From: Verrucomicrobiota bacterium
GTDB taxonomy: Bacteria > Verrucomicrobiota > Verrucomicrobiia > Verrucomicrobiales > DEV007
Assembly: GCA_045046875.1 (NCBI GenBank)
Contig: JASFYY010000118.1
Coordinates: forward strand, 1-64,000
Length of the DNA stretch: 64,000 bases
Direction: 5' to 3'
Part shown: one piece after another, positions 40,814 to 50,527 of the stretch
Numbering within the stretch: the stretch's first letter is position 1
Layout of the letters: each line of letters begins with the position of its first letter
Position numbers and translations under genes: made by a program
Notes under the pieces: model-generated
Database searches by the model: none
What the model saw: the letters and a program-made list of their open reading frames with translations, nothing else
Told to the model about the DNA's origin: nothing

Positions 40814-42253
40814 TTACTTCGCTTCATTAGAAAAACAAAACACACTCTCCCGTGTGCGAATGTATATCCGCCCATCCGCAATCGAGGGTGATGCAAAAAT
40901 CTCTTCGCCCACATCATTCTTGGCTAGAACTTTCAACTTGGAACCATCGTCAATCACCACCACAAAACCATTGCGTCCGGCGATGTAAATTTTTCCATCG
41001 GCAGCAATCGGCGAGGCGTAATAATCACCAAAATTGCGCAAACGGGTTCGCCCCCAGACTTCGTCACCCGTCTTCGCATCAAAACATGATGAGATCCCAC
41101 CTGACTTCACCACGTAAACGCGTTCTTTAAATACCAGAGGAGATGCTAGGTTCGACGGCGATTTGTTATCAATGTTCCAGACCAGGTGAGTCTTCGTCAC
41201 ATCCCCATTCCCCCCTCCCCGAACCGCCTGAATGGTATTGCCGCCACCAACCATATTATCAGGGTGCTGAAAGGCGGTTTCGATTTCTACCTTATCAATC
41301 TGCCCATCCTTGTTTTTGTCCGAAGCATCGAAGCGCCCGAAAAACTCTTTCGGCATTTCATCACGAGCCAGCATGCCGTCCTGGTTGGTATCGAGCCACT
41401 GCAGCAGGGCAAACTTCAAGGTGCGCTTGGAATCACCGTAACTCTGCACCGCGATGTAAATGTGATCGTCTTTCACTACCGGAGATGTCATCACCGTGCG
41501 CAACAGCGTATTGCAAGTCCAGCGCTCCTTACCGGTGTCGGGATCATAACCTTTCAGCTTTCCCGAACCTGCCACCACCAGATCCGTCCGACCGTTGACG
41601 GTGCAAAACACTGGCAATGCATAACCCGCCAGCATATCGGGCCGCGCTGTCTTCCAGACTTGTTTACCCGTTTTTGCATCCAAAGCCAGAACATAGGATG
41701 CAAGGTCGTCATCCTGAGAAAAATAAATTTTATCTTCGTGAAGAACGGGCGAAGCCCCTGCCCCCCAATCCATCAGATAAATGGGTCGCGGTAATTCATG
41801 CCGCCAGATTTCATCACCACTCTTTGCATCAAATGCGAGAATTCCCAGCGTACTGAAATAGACATATACCCGTTCACTGTCCGCCGTGACCGTCGACGAA
41901 GCCTGGCTGTTGGGCGGTGTGATCCTGAGTAGATCCCCGGTAGGCAGATCCTTTTGCCACAACGCTTTACCCGTCTTACTGTCATGGCAGAACACGGTGA
42001 AAGCTTTATCCCCGGTCATCGCCGTATTAAAAACACGTCCGGCAACAATCACAGCCGAACCAATCCCATCCCCGAGTTTCGCTTTCCACAGCAACTTGTT
42101 TTCAAAGGAAAACTCCGTCGGCAAAGGCCCTGAATCAACGGCCACTCCCGAACCATTCGGACCTCGGAATTGTGACCAGTCGTTTGCCTTGACGAGCGGT
42201 GATGCAAGGAAAATAAAGGCGGGTAAAATAATTAAAGGGCTAAAAAATCTCAT
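40814..42253 (-). CDS. PQQ-like beta-propeller protein with EF-hand insert
   Basis: DWSQFRGPNGSG, repeated SP...DAKTG...W, DTNQDGML and DKNKDGQI EF-hand loops. Confidence 0.88.
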   Translation of the reverse strand: MRFFSPLIILPAFIFLASPLVKANDWSQFRGPNGSGVAVDSGPLPTEFSFENKLLWKAKLGDGIGSAVIVAGRVFNTAMTGDKAFTVFCHDSKTGKALWQKDLPTGDLLRITPPNSQASSTVTADSERVYVYFSTLGILAFDAKSGDEIWRHELPRPIYLMDWGAGASPVLHEDKIYFSQDDDLASYVLALDAKTGKQVWKTARPDMLAGYALPVFCTVNGRTDLVVAGSGKLKGYDPDTGKERWTCNTLLRTVMTSPVVKDDHIYIAVQSYGDSKRTLKFALLQWLDTNQDGMLARDEMPKEFFGRFDASDKNKDGQIDKVEIETAFQHPDNMVGGGNTIQAVRGGGNGDVTKTHLVWNIDNKSPSNLASPLVFKERVYVVKSGGISSCFDAKTGDEVWGRTRLRNFGDYYASPIAADGKIYIAGRNGFVVVIDDGSKLKVLAKNDVGEEIFASPSIADGRIYIRTRESVFCFSNEAK

Positions 42254-42479
42254 GGGGGTCTAATTCTATATCAGCCCTTCGAATATGAATCAATCCCCAA
42301 TATAAAACAGCTTCAAAATTGATGCTTTAACCACTTATCCTTACCTGCTTCAGATTAGCGCTCGTTATCAGCAATACTTGTGAGAAAAATTCAGCGCCGC
42401 TGAAAAACAACTGACAAAATCGCCTGTCATATAATATCACAAAGGGTTTTGTTAAATATTTTGACCAATTTTCCCAAGC

Positions 42480-43466
42480 TCAATGAGGCACCACCAACTG
42501 CTCTCCCTCTTTTGGAGCCAATACCTGATGATGAACATTCTGTGCTATCGCGGCCAAATTCAACCGCCGCATCGGCTCGCACATGCTCTCATTGCCCAAC
42601 GGAAAAGTAGCGTGATGCATCGGGATCATGCGATTGGCCTTCAAATCGACAAACGCCTGCAAAGCTTCTTCCGGGTTCATATGCACATCACGTCCACTCG
42701 GTGCTTCATAGGCACCGATGGGCAAAAGTGCCGTCCCTATGTCATAGCGCTCCCCGATATCCCCAAAGCCCTCGAAATAAGCACTGTCTCCACTGTGGTA
42801 TAAACTCGCGTGCGGGGTATTGATCAAAAATCCTCCGAACCCCCGGTGGGTATCATGAATCATGCGTGCCCCCCAATGATAAGCTGGAGTAAAAACGATC
42901 TCCGTATCCCCCACCCTGAAGGTGTCCCAATTATTCATTTCCCGCACCACCGAGAAGTTCATCCGCTTCATCAACCGGCCGACCCCGGTCGGCACCAGAA
43001 TCGGTTGACCTTTGGCTATTTTTTTCAAAGACGGCCGGTGCAAATGATCAAAATGCGCATGTGTCACCAAAACCAGATCAATCGTCGGCAGATCCATCAG
43101 CGCCATACCGGGATGGCGCGCACGTTTGACCGGCCCGTGCCACATCGCCCAGTTGGGATCAATCATGATATTCAGTTCCGGGGTGCGAATCAAAAACGAT
43201 GCGTGGCCTATCCAGGTCACTTCGATTTCGTGATGTTCCAAATCAGCATACACCGGACGTCCGATAAATGAACGCTCCCGCTGTTTTAATATCGTCGGCA
43301 CCAAACGGCTACCAATAAATTGACAATTTCTTTTTGCCCAACCCTTCTGCGGTTTCAGTCCCACCCGCTGATCCTCCGTTACCGCCCCGGCATCGAGTCC
43401 ACTTCCCAACTCACGATTCCTTCGGGATAAATTGCGCAAATTAAAATCCGGAAATTTTCGATTCAT
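42480..43466 (-). CDS. Metallo-beta-lactamase fold hydrolase (NAPE-PLD-like)
   Basis: TWIGHASF, THAHFDHL, HW, GDS, PIGAY, HMNPEEA. Confidence 0.9.
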   Translation of the reverse strand: MNRKFPDFNLRNLSRRNRELGSGLDAGAVTEDQRVGLKPQKGWAKRNCQFIGSRLVPTILKQRERSFIGRPVYADLEHHEIEVTWIGHASFLIRTPELNIMIDPNWAMWHGPVKRARHPGMALMDLPTIDLVLVTHAHFDHLHRPSLKKIAKGQPILVPTGVGRLMKRMNFSVVREMNNWDTFRVGDTEIVFTPAYHWGARMIHDTHRGFGGFLINTPHASLYHSGDSAYFEGFGDIGERYDIGTALLPIGAYEAPSGRDVHMNPEEALQAFVDLKANRMIPMHHATFPLGNESMCEPMRRLNLAAIAQNVHHQVLAPKEGEQLVVPH

Positions 43467-43633
43467 TGAAGGGGGATAAGGGGTAAAAAGCTCGCAATTT
43501 ATTTATATGAAATTTTTCAGCAAACTGAAACAAAAAAAACTCCGTTTATTAAAAATATCTGCAAGCGAAAATGTTCAATCTATGATTCGATCATAATCAA
43601 GACGCCGGCATCAAACTTTCCCTACAGACTTGC

Positions 43634-45010
43634 TTAATTTTTCTGCAACAGTTCCTTGACCGCCTGCATCAACACCCCCTCAACCTCGGGCTGCGTTCGT
43701 GACACCCGGCCCACCTCGTAACCTCCCTGCCCATAAGCAATCTGAGTCCCAATATAACCCGGGCCGCCATCCCCGTAAGCGGCCACCGCCACCATCTGCT
43801 CCGGTTTCATCTTTTTGGCCTGCAATTGATACTCCACAAACAACTCACCAGGAAAAAACAATGCCTGCGCCGGCCCCACCGCCAGCCGCCCGATATCGAT
43901 TTTGTGACCTTCCTTCCAACGCCGGAAATAAACCAAATCACGCGCCGCACGAATACGAGTGCCCAACGGGGTCTTCTCATCCAGCAGTTCTTCATTCAGC
44001 TCATCCTCTGTTTTGCCCTTCCACGGCAAACTCACCGGAACCGTGTTCCACTTCACTCCGGCCAAGTCCAGCTTCACCTTCTGCTGGGATTCCCAGGCCC
44101 GTTTCATACCCGCTTCCATACGTGCAGTGAGCACTGCTCGATTGCCCACCGAACCATCATTATATTTCCCCGCCGCCACATTGCCACCGGCTCCATTAAA
44201 ATGAATATGCGTCACCCCGGTTTCCTGCTGCCGCAGCCGCCGTGCCAGACCAGACGTATCCGGTGTCACCCCGCCCTTGCCGTAATAACTCATGGGATGC
44301 GAAGCGTAAAAAGTCAATGCCGCCACCGCCTGTTCCCCATTCCAAAAGCTCAACAAACTCAACTCCGGATCTATCGTGCCTTCCGCAGCCGCAGCGACCT
44401 CCGGTTTTTTACAGGAGCTGCCACGCCACCATTTGATTTTTCCGTCCTCACCCAGAATCCGCCGATTGGAAGCGAACTTTTCCACCATGCCCTTACCACT
44501 ACCCACATGCGTGATGCGCTGCTTCTTGGCCAAAGCATCCTTCAGTGCTACCACCGTTTTAGCAATCGCCAGATCATGAGAGCTCTGATCAAAAATCACA
44601 TTTTTTAATCCCTGCCCATCCAATAGTTTTGCCGCCGATGCATCACAACCCGGCGAGTCATGGTTGTGAATCGTATGCACCGCCACCCGGTCGCGAGTGG
44701 TGCCCGCCGCCTTGGCAATCGCCTCACGCCATTGATCACTGCTGCCATTGGCAATACCGACGAAGTCCACCACGCACAGCACCACCGGCTCCCCCGCTCC
44801 CAGCAATACCACCCCCCGTGCCGTCAAAGGATCAACCACTTCCGTCATCGGCTTGACCAATCCGTAACAAAGCGCATCCCCTACCTCCGGAGTCACGTCG
44901 ACTTCGAATACAGCCAATTCCAGTTCCGTTTCCGCCGCACTCAAGCCGACTCCCATCCCACACAGAACCCCCGCCAAAACCCATGCCCACATCCGTCTTT
45001 TTATTTTCAT
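43634..45010 (-). CDS. Secreted protein, neutral ceramidase N-terminal-like fold
   Basis: VDVTP, DPLTARG, HTIHNHDSP, YASHP, GAGGN, PGELFVEY; start chosen at ATG 45010. Confidence 0.65.
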   Translation of the reverse strand: MKIKRRMWAWVLAGVLCGMGVGLSAAETELELAVFEVDVTPEVGDALCYGLVKPMTEVVDPLTARGVVLLGAGEPVVLCVVDFVGIANGSSDQWREAIAKAAGTTRDRVAVHTIHNHDSPGCDASAAKLLDGQGLKNVIFDQSSHDLAIAKTVVALKDALAKKQRITHVGSGKGMVEKFASNRRILGEDGKIKWWRGSSCKKPEVAAAAEGTIDPELSLLSFWNGEQAVAALTFYASHPMSYYGKGGVTPDTSGLARRLRQQETGVTHIHFNGAGGNVAAGKYNDGSVGNRAVLTARMEAGMKRAWESQQKVKLDLAGVKWNTVPVSLPWKGKTEDELNEELLDEKTPLGTRIRAARDLVYFRRWKEGHKIDIGRLAVGPAQALFFPGELFVEYQLQAKKMKPEQMVAVAAYGDGGPGYIGTQIAYGQGGYEVGRVSRTQPEVEGVLMQAVKELLQKN

Positions 45011-45131
45011 CCTGATAAACTTATGAATTTTCACCTCCCCGTCCACCCAAACTTCATCTTCCCTTCCAGTCCCAATCCTCTCCTTGCATCCCGTTCCGAC
45101 CTGTTGCACCGTTCAAAGCACCCATACGACT

Positions 45132-46187
45132 ATGTTCAAACCCTCCACACTCTTGTTATCCTTCGCTATCTGGACCAGCCTCGTGATTTCCCCGAAATTC
45201 ATTCAAGCTGCCGGTCAGGTCGACGATTCAAAGTTCTCCCCCCTGGTCCGCAGTTTTGAAGCAAGGGAAAAACCCAAACCTGTTTTCGAAAGTCAAAAAT
45301 TCAGCCCCTACCCCGGTGAAACTGTTTCTTTTATTGGTGGCACCAATACCTTCGATTTACAAAACTCGGCCTACCTGGAGGCTCTCCTGCAAATAGCCTA
45401 CCCCCAGCTCAAACTCAAAGTGCGCAACCTTGCTTGGCAGGGCGACACCGTCTTCGAACAGACCCGTCCACGTTTCTTTTTCACCAGGACCGGTGACAAA
45501 CAACCCGGCAGCACCCCCGACCAACGCAAGCGCATCAAACCCGGAATCGTATTTGTCAATTTTGGCAAAATGGAATCGCTCGAGGTCGGCGATAGCCTGA
45601 CGGCTTTCCAGCAAGCCTACCAAACCTTCCTCGATCAATTACAAACCCGCAGTCGTCGCATCGTTCTCGTATCGCCTACGCCGTTTTTTCCCCTCGGCCC
45701 GGCAAAAGCTCTCACGGATGAACGCAATAAAAAACTCATCCCGTTTGAAAAAGCGATCCGCAGCCTAGCCAAAAAACGCAATTTGCTCTATCTCGACTTG
45801 CTCACCCCTTTACTCAAAAAACTCGACCCATCCCTCTCCACGGACGGCATCCATCTCAGCAATAGCGGCCAACGCCAAGTCGCCCTACTCACTGCCCGAT
45901 CACTCGAATTCCCCATCGACCCCACTGCTGTCTTGAATTCTCCAAAACTGCAAGCCCTCGAACAAGCGTTGCACCGCAAAGACTTTTTATGGCAACAATA
46001 CTACCACCCCACCAACTTCCCCTTCCTCTACGGTGATCGCCAAAGCCAGCCCGCCAGCCGTAGTCACATCGACAAGGACAAACGTTGGTTCAAAGAAGAA
46101 ATTGGCCAAATACCTAACTTAATCAGCGAAACAGAAAACGACATCCACCGTTATGCCGCTGAAGCCGCGTCTTCGATTTCAAAATAA
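45132..46187 (+). CDS. SGNH/GDSL-fold protein
   Basis: FIGGT, RNLAWQGDTV, FG..ES, DGIHL; start chosen at ATG 45132. Confidence 0.8.
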   Translation: MFKPSTLLLSFAIWTSLVISPKFIQAAGQVDDSKFSPLVRSFEAREKPKPVFESQKFSPYPGETVSFIGGTNTFDLQNSAYLEALLQIAYPQLKLKVRNLAWQGDTVFEQTRPRFFFTRTGDKQPGSTPDQRKRIKPGIVFVNFGKMESLEVGDSLTAFQQAYQTFLDQLQTRSRRIVLVSPTPFFPLGPAKALTDERNKKLIPFEKAIRSLAKKRNLLYLDLLTPLLKKLDPSLSTDGIHLSNSGQRQVALLTARSLEFPIDPTAVLNSPKLQALEQALHRKDFLWQQYYHPTNFPFLYGDRQSQPASRSHIDKDKRWFKEEIGQIPNLISETENDIHRYAAEAASSISK

Positions 46188-46222
46188 ACCTTCCCTCCCA
46201 CTTCCCTCTTTTTTTCACCGCA

Positions 46223-49219
46223 ATGAAACCCAACACCCCAGCTTCCTCACCCCGCCGCCCCGCGATCTTGGCTCTAAGCTTATTATTAGCATTTTCCAGC
46301 TTCGCCTCCGCTTCCGGACCGGACAGCAGCAAAGCCAAGGACAATACCGTCACCGCTGAAAAAGCCTCACTAAGAATCCACCCGGATTTTGAGATCAGTC
46401 TGTTTGCCGATGAAAAACTCGGCATCTCCAATCCCATTGCCTTACAATGGGACCATCGCGGACGCGCTTGGGTACTCTGCACCCTCGCTTACGCCCAACT
46501 CAAACCAGGGGAAATCCCCAACGACAAGATTTTCATCCTCGAAGATACCGACGGTGACCATGTCGCGGACAAGAGCACTATCTTCGCCGACAATCTCAAC
46601 ATGCCCACCGGTTTTGCCCTCGGTCACGGCGGTGTGTATCTCTCCGAAGGTGCCGACCTGATTCATCTCGCCGATACCAATCAGGATGACAAAGCTGACC
46701 AGAAAAAAATCATCCTCAGTGGTTTTGGCACCGGCGACACCCACCAGAACATCAGCAACTTCGTCTGGGACAACGGTGGCTTTCTCTACTTCAGTCAAGG
46801 ACTGCACACCGACTCGCAAGTCGAAACCCCATGGGGAACCGTGCGTGGGGTGCAAGCCGGTTTCTGGCGCTTTGATCCACGTGCCACCCGCCTCGCCCCC
46901 TTCTGTTTTCCGGTGCTGATGAGCGCTAACCCCTGCGGCATTGCCCTCGACAAATGGGGAGCTTTGTTTGTCAAAAGCAATGGACCCGATACCGTCTTTT
47001 CCACCCCCGGCCTCATTCCCACCACCCATCCCCTGCGACTCAACACGGTCGCCAGTATCGGCAATACACCGGGCAAAAGCATGGGCGGCGAAATCATCGA
47101 AAATGCCCATCTGCCTGAGTGGTTACAAAACAACATCGTCATCGCCGGATACTTCTCACGCCGGGTCACCGCGCTTCCGCTCACTCCAGAGAATTCCGGA
47201 TTTGCCAAAGTCAAATCCACCGAACTGGTTTACGGTGAGCACGTCAGCTTCCGCCCCGTGGATGTGCAGGCGGGTCCCGACGGAGCTCTCTACATCGTCG
47301 ATTGGTTCAACCCCATCATCAATCATTACCAGGTCTCCCTGCGCCATCCTGATCGTGATTACGAACACGGACGCATCTGGCGACTCACTGCCAAAGATAA
47401 AAAACTCACTCAGGCTCCCAAACTCGACGGACTCTCTGCGCAAAAACTTTTCCCCTACCTCAAATCCTCCGACCGCTGGACCCGTGACCAGACCGAACGC
47501 CTGCTGATGGACATGCCAGCGAAGCAAGTCACCTCGGCTCTGAGCCAATGGAGCCAAGCTCTCGACGCTAAAAAAGACGCTCACGCCCTGCTCGAAGCCG
47601 CTGGAGTTATCGAAGCTCACAACGCGATCACCCCCGCTCTTCTCGAGCAACTGGTCGCCTCACCCGAGCCGCTCACCCGGGCCGTAGCTGCCCGCATCAT
47701 CAGCCGCAGTCATCCACTACCCGACAACGCCATGAGTCTGCTGACAAAACTGGCCCGTGATCCCCATCCGCGTCCACGTTTGGAGAGCGTCATCGCCTGC
47801 TCCAGCATCGCCACCGCTGAATCATTCAAAACTGCCCTCACCGTGCTCGACTCCAAAATGGATCGTTTCATCGACTACTCCCTCACCCAAACCGTGCACG
47901 CGCTCAAAGAACAGTGGTTGCCTGCTTTGGAATCCGGCAAACTCAGCTTCGCCAATCCCCAACACCTCGCTTACACCCTCGAGTCCTACGGCGGAGCTGC
48001 CGCTGCCACTCTGGCCCGCAAGTCACTCGAATCAGGATCCGATCCAGCCACCCAAACCCGCCTACACGCCGTGCTTGCTAAAGTGGGCAACGCCAAGGAC
48101 GTGCAAAACATCCTCAATCTAAAACCCGCCCAGGCCGATCTGCTCAATGCGCTGATCACCAACTGGTCCACCCGTCATATCAAACCCCAGGCGCCCTTTG
48201 CTCCCCGACTTACCGAATTGCTTTCATCTAGCTCAGTCGGCGTGCAAATCGCCGCCATCCGTCTAGCCGGATTATGGAAGGTTTCGGAAAACACCGACAG
48301 CATTGAAAAACTTGCCCTCGACAGTCAAGGCCAAGACATCGTGCGCTTTCCGGCTCTGATCAGTCTCGGCCAACTCAAAGGCAAAGCCGCCACCGCTTCG
48401 TTGCAAAAAATTGCCACTGATAAAAACAGCGCACTGAGTATCCAACAAGCTGCGATCACCGCCCTGGTCAGCCTTGACTTCAATCTTGCCGCCAAAACCG
48501 CAGCCGGCATCCTCGCTAAAACAACTGACAGCAAAAACGCCTCCAGCATCCTGACTCCCTTCCTCGGCAAAAGCTCCGGCACCGAGGTGCTTGCCACCGC
48601 TCTAGAAAAAGTCAGCCTGCAAAAAGAACCCGCGCAGAAAATCGCCAGCGCACTCTCTAGTATCGGACGAGTGGATCTCAAGCTCTCCAGTGTTCTCAAT
48701 CAGGCCCAGGGATTACAAAACGCCAGCCCCGAATACGATGCTGAGTTTGTCCAACGACTGGCCGCCGAAGTGCGTGCCTCCGGCGACGCGGAAAAAGGCA
48801 AAGCAGTGTTCAACCTGCCGCAAACCACCTGCGTCGCTTGCCACAAAATCGGCGAAGTCGGCGGCATCCTCGGCCCCGATCTCACCACCGTCGGCGCTGG
48901 ACTGCCCACCGACATCATCATCGACTCCGTCATCTGGCCCAAACGCCAGATCAAAGAAGGTTACGTCTCGGTCTCCGTCACCACCAAGGATCAAAAAATA
49001 TATGCCGGTTACCAGGACCGCGTCGAAAACGGCATCCTCTACCTGCGCGATACCGCCACCCAAAAAACCATCCCGATCAAGCTCTCTGACATCGCCAAAA
49101 AAGACGAGATCGGCACCATCATGCCAGCCGGCTTGACCAACTCCCTGACCCGCGAACAAATCCGCAACTTGATTGCTTATCTCACTCATCTTAAAGGTGA
49201 CGCACCGCAGTTGAAGTGA
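46223..49219 (+). CDS. PVC-type heme-binding CxxCH protein (membrane-bound dehydrogenase propeller, HEAT repeats, cytochrome c)
   Basis: WD.RGR.W, LEDTDGD..AD, GFGTGDTHQ, FRPVD...GPDGALY..DW.N, CVACH..GPDLT. Confidence 0.92.
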   Translation: MKPNTPASSPRRPAILALSLLLAFSSFASASGPDSSKAKDNTVTAEKASLRIHPDFEISLFADEKLGISNPIALQWDHRGRAWVLCTLAYAQLKPGEIPNDKIFILEDTDGDHVADKSTIFADNLNMPTGFALGHGGVYLSEGADLIHLADTNQDDKADQKKIILSGFGTGDTHQNISNFVWDNGGFLYFSQGLHTDSQVETPWGTVRGVQAGFWRFDPRATRLAPFCFPVLMSANPCGIALDKWGALFVKSNGPDTVFSTPGLIPTTHPLRLNTVASIGNTPGKSMGGEIIENAHLPEWLQNNIVIAGYFSRRVTALPLTPENSGFAKVKSTELVYGEHVSFRPVDVQAGPDGALYIVDWFNPIINHYQVSLRHPDRDYEHGRIWRLTAKDKKLTQAPKLDGLSAQKLFPYLKSSDRWTRDQTERLLMDMPAKQVTSALSQWSQALDAKKDAHALLEAAGVIEAHNAITPALLEQLVASPEPLTRAVAARIISRSHPLPDNAMSLLTKLARDPHPRPRLESVIACSSIATAESFKTALTVLDSKMDRFIDYSLTQTVHALKEQWLPALESGKLSFANPQHLAYTLESYGGAAAATLARKSLESGSDPATQTRLHAVLAKVGNAKDVQNILNLKPAQADLLNALITNWSTRHIKPQAPFAPRLTELLSSSSVGVQIAAIRLAGLWKVSENTDSIEKLALDSQGQDIVRFPALISLGQLKGKAATASLQKIATDKNSALSIQQAAITALVSLDFNLAAKTAAGILAKTTDSKNASSILTPFLGKSSGTEVLATALEKVSLQKEPAQKIASALSSIGRVDLKLSSVLNQAQGLQNASPEYDAEFVQRLAAEVRASGDAEKGKAVFNLPQTTCVACHKIGEVGGILGPDLTTVGAGLPTDIIIDSVIWPKRQIKEGYVSVSVTTKDQKIYAGYQDRVENGILYLRDTATQKTIPIKLSDIAKKDEIGTIMPAGLTNSLTREQIRNLIAYLTHLKGDAPQLK

Positions 49220-49339
49220 GGGATTGGGAGGAAGGAGGGAAAAGAAGTTCAGAATACCAGACATGGGACAACCTTATTCTGATACCACTTTGAGCCGCCG
49301 TTCACAGCACATTAAGGCTTTGCTCCTTAACCTCAGCAT

Positions 49340-49362
49340 GTGGCATGGATTGGCAATCCGTG
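49340..49362 (+). repeat. REP-like hairpin (GTAG/GTGG type)
   Basis: GTGG followed by catggatt-ggc-aatccgtg stem-loop. Confidence 0.45.
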
Positions 49363-49468
49363 TTTCTCGTTTCGGTATCGCTTTTAATTTTACCCTCAAA
49401 TTTAACGCACCCCACTCCAACAACATTTTCCTAGAACGTGTCCGGTGTTCTGAAGTTGTGTAACTAAA

Positions 49469-50524
49469 TTATTCGGCCAACGTTGTCCAGTAATAGTAAG
49501 CTTCTGGACTGATACCTTTCAAGCGTTGCAGGATCGTAAAATTTTCCGGTAGCTGGTGGTCTTTGATTTGATCAATGTGTGAAACATCGAAAACAGGGAG
49601 ATTTTCGGAAATTGAATCACGTCCGATAATCGAAACGAGGGCTGCGGTTTTTGCAGCAGCGATTTTGGCCTGCGGCAGTCGGAAGCGGCAATCAATCAAG
49701 TGATTGGGCAGCTGCTTGATGCCGCGACGAAGGAGGCGGGTATGTTCCGTTTCAGTGAACCCTTTCAAATCCAGGGAGCAAAGTTGAAAGCAAGTTTCGA
49801 TGGTGTCGGCAAGGTAATCCGCGTAGCTGGGGGCGGAATCGCGGTAGGAGCATTCGGCTGAGTGTGCCGTTCGGTTGGCAGCTGCAACAGATTCTAGATC
49901 AGTTACTACATCGTAGAGTTGTGCAATGTCGAAGAGTTGCTTGATCACTTGTTGACTGAAGCGCTCGGTCAAAGGCACGCCGATGGTGTTGGGAGCAAAG
50001 GCGGTGAGTTTGTCGCCGAGTAGAGCATTCACCGTGGGCGTAGTCACAAATACGGGTTTCGATGTTTCAATGAAGGGAGTCGTTATAGATTTCTCGACAA
50101 GATCGCTGAGGGTGTTTTTCTCGGTGACGATATCGAGCAGGATGGGAGTTTCACGCCCAGGACGGAGGGGCGAATCGTAGTAGAATTTGTAATGAAGCCG
50201 TTTGGGCAGTCGATGCTCTCCGCGCAACTGTTCTTCCCAACGGGAAAAGGGTGTATCCGTTAATAGTGAATCGAGAATGGGAGCCAACAAGCCTGCATCG
50301 GTATCACAGACGATGTCGATATCGATGGACAGACGTTGCGGCTTGGGCAAATGCAGCAACAGCGAGGTGCCGCCTTTGAAAACAAAACCCAGACTGCTAT
50401 GGGATAGCGCGCAGAGCAAGGTAAGGGCAAAAATAGCCCGTTCGAGGATCTCAGGATCGACCGCGTTCAAGCCTTCCCGTTGGGATTCGATCCATTCACG
50501 GCTATGACAATGCGGCTCGATCAT
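49469..50524 (-). CDS. AbiEii/AbiGii-family nucleotidyltransferase toxin (type IV TA)
   Basis: FVFKGGTSL..H.....RLSIDID, LLDI, DKLTAF, KQLFD. Confidence 0.9.
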   Translation of the reverse strand: MIEPHCHSREWIESQREGLNAVDPEILERAIFALTLLCALSHSSLGFVFKGGTSLLLHLPKPQRLSIDIDIVCDTDAGLLAPILDSLLTDTPFSRWEEQLRGEHRLPKRLHYKFYYDSPLRPGRETPILLDIVTEKNTLSDLVEKSITTPFIETSKPVFVTTPTVNALLGDKLTAFAPNTIGVPLTERFSQQVIKQLFDIAQLYDVVTDLESVAAANRTAHSAECSYRDSAPSYADYLADTIETCFQLCSLDLKGFTETEHTRLLRRGIKQLPNHLIDCRFRLPQAKIAAAKTAALVSIIGRDSISENLPVFDVSHIDQIKDHQLPENFTILQRLKGISPEAYYYWTTLAE

Positions 50525-50527
50525 GGA

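Noticed and set aside
42390..42405. ttcagc-gcc-gctgaa hairpin as a terminator
   Set aside because: Stem is short with a 3-nt loop; too weak to call.
49224..49463. 79-aa ORF at the edge of the defence cassette
   Set aside because: TTG start, no motif, and it spans a REP-like hairpin; probably non-coding.
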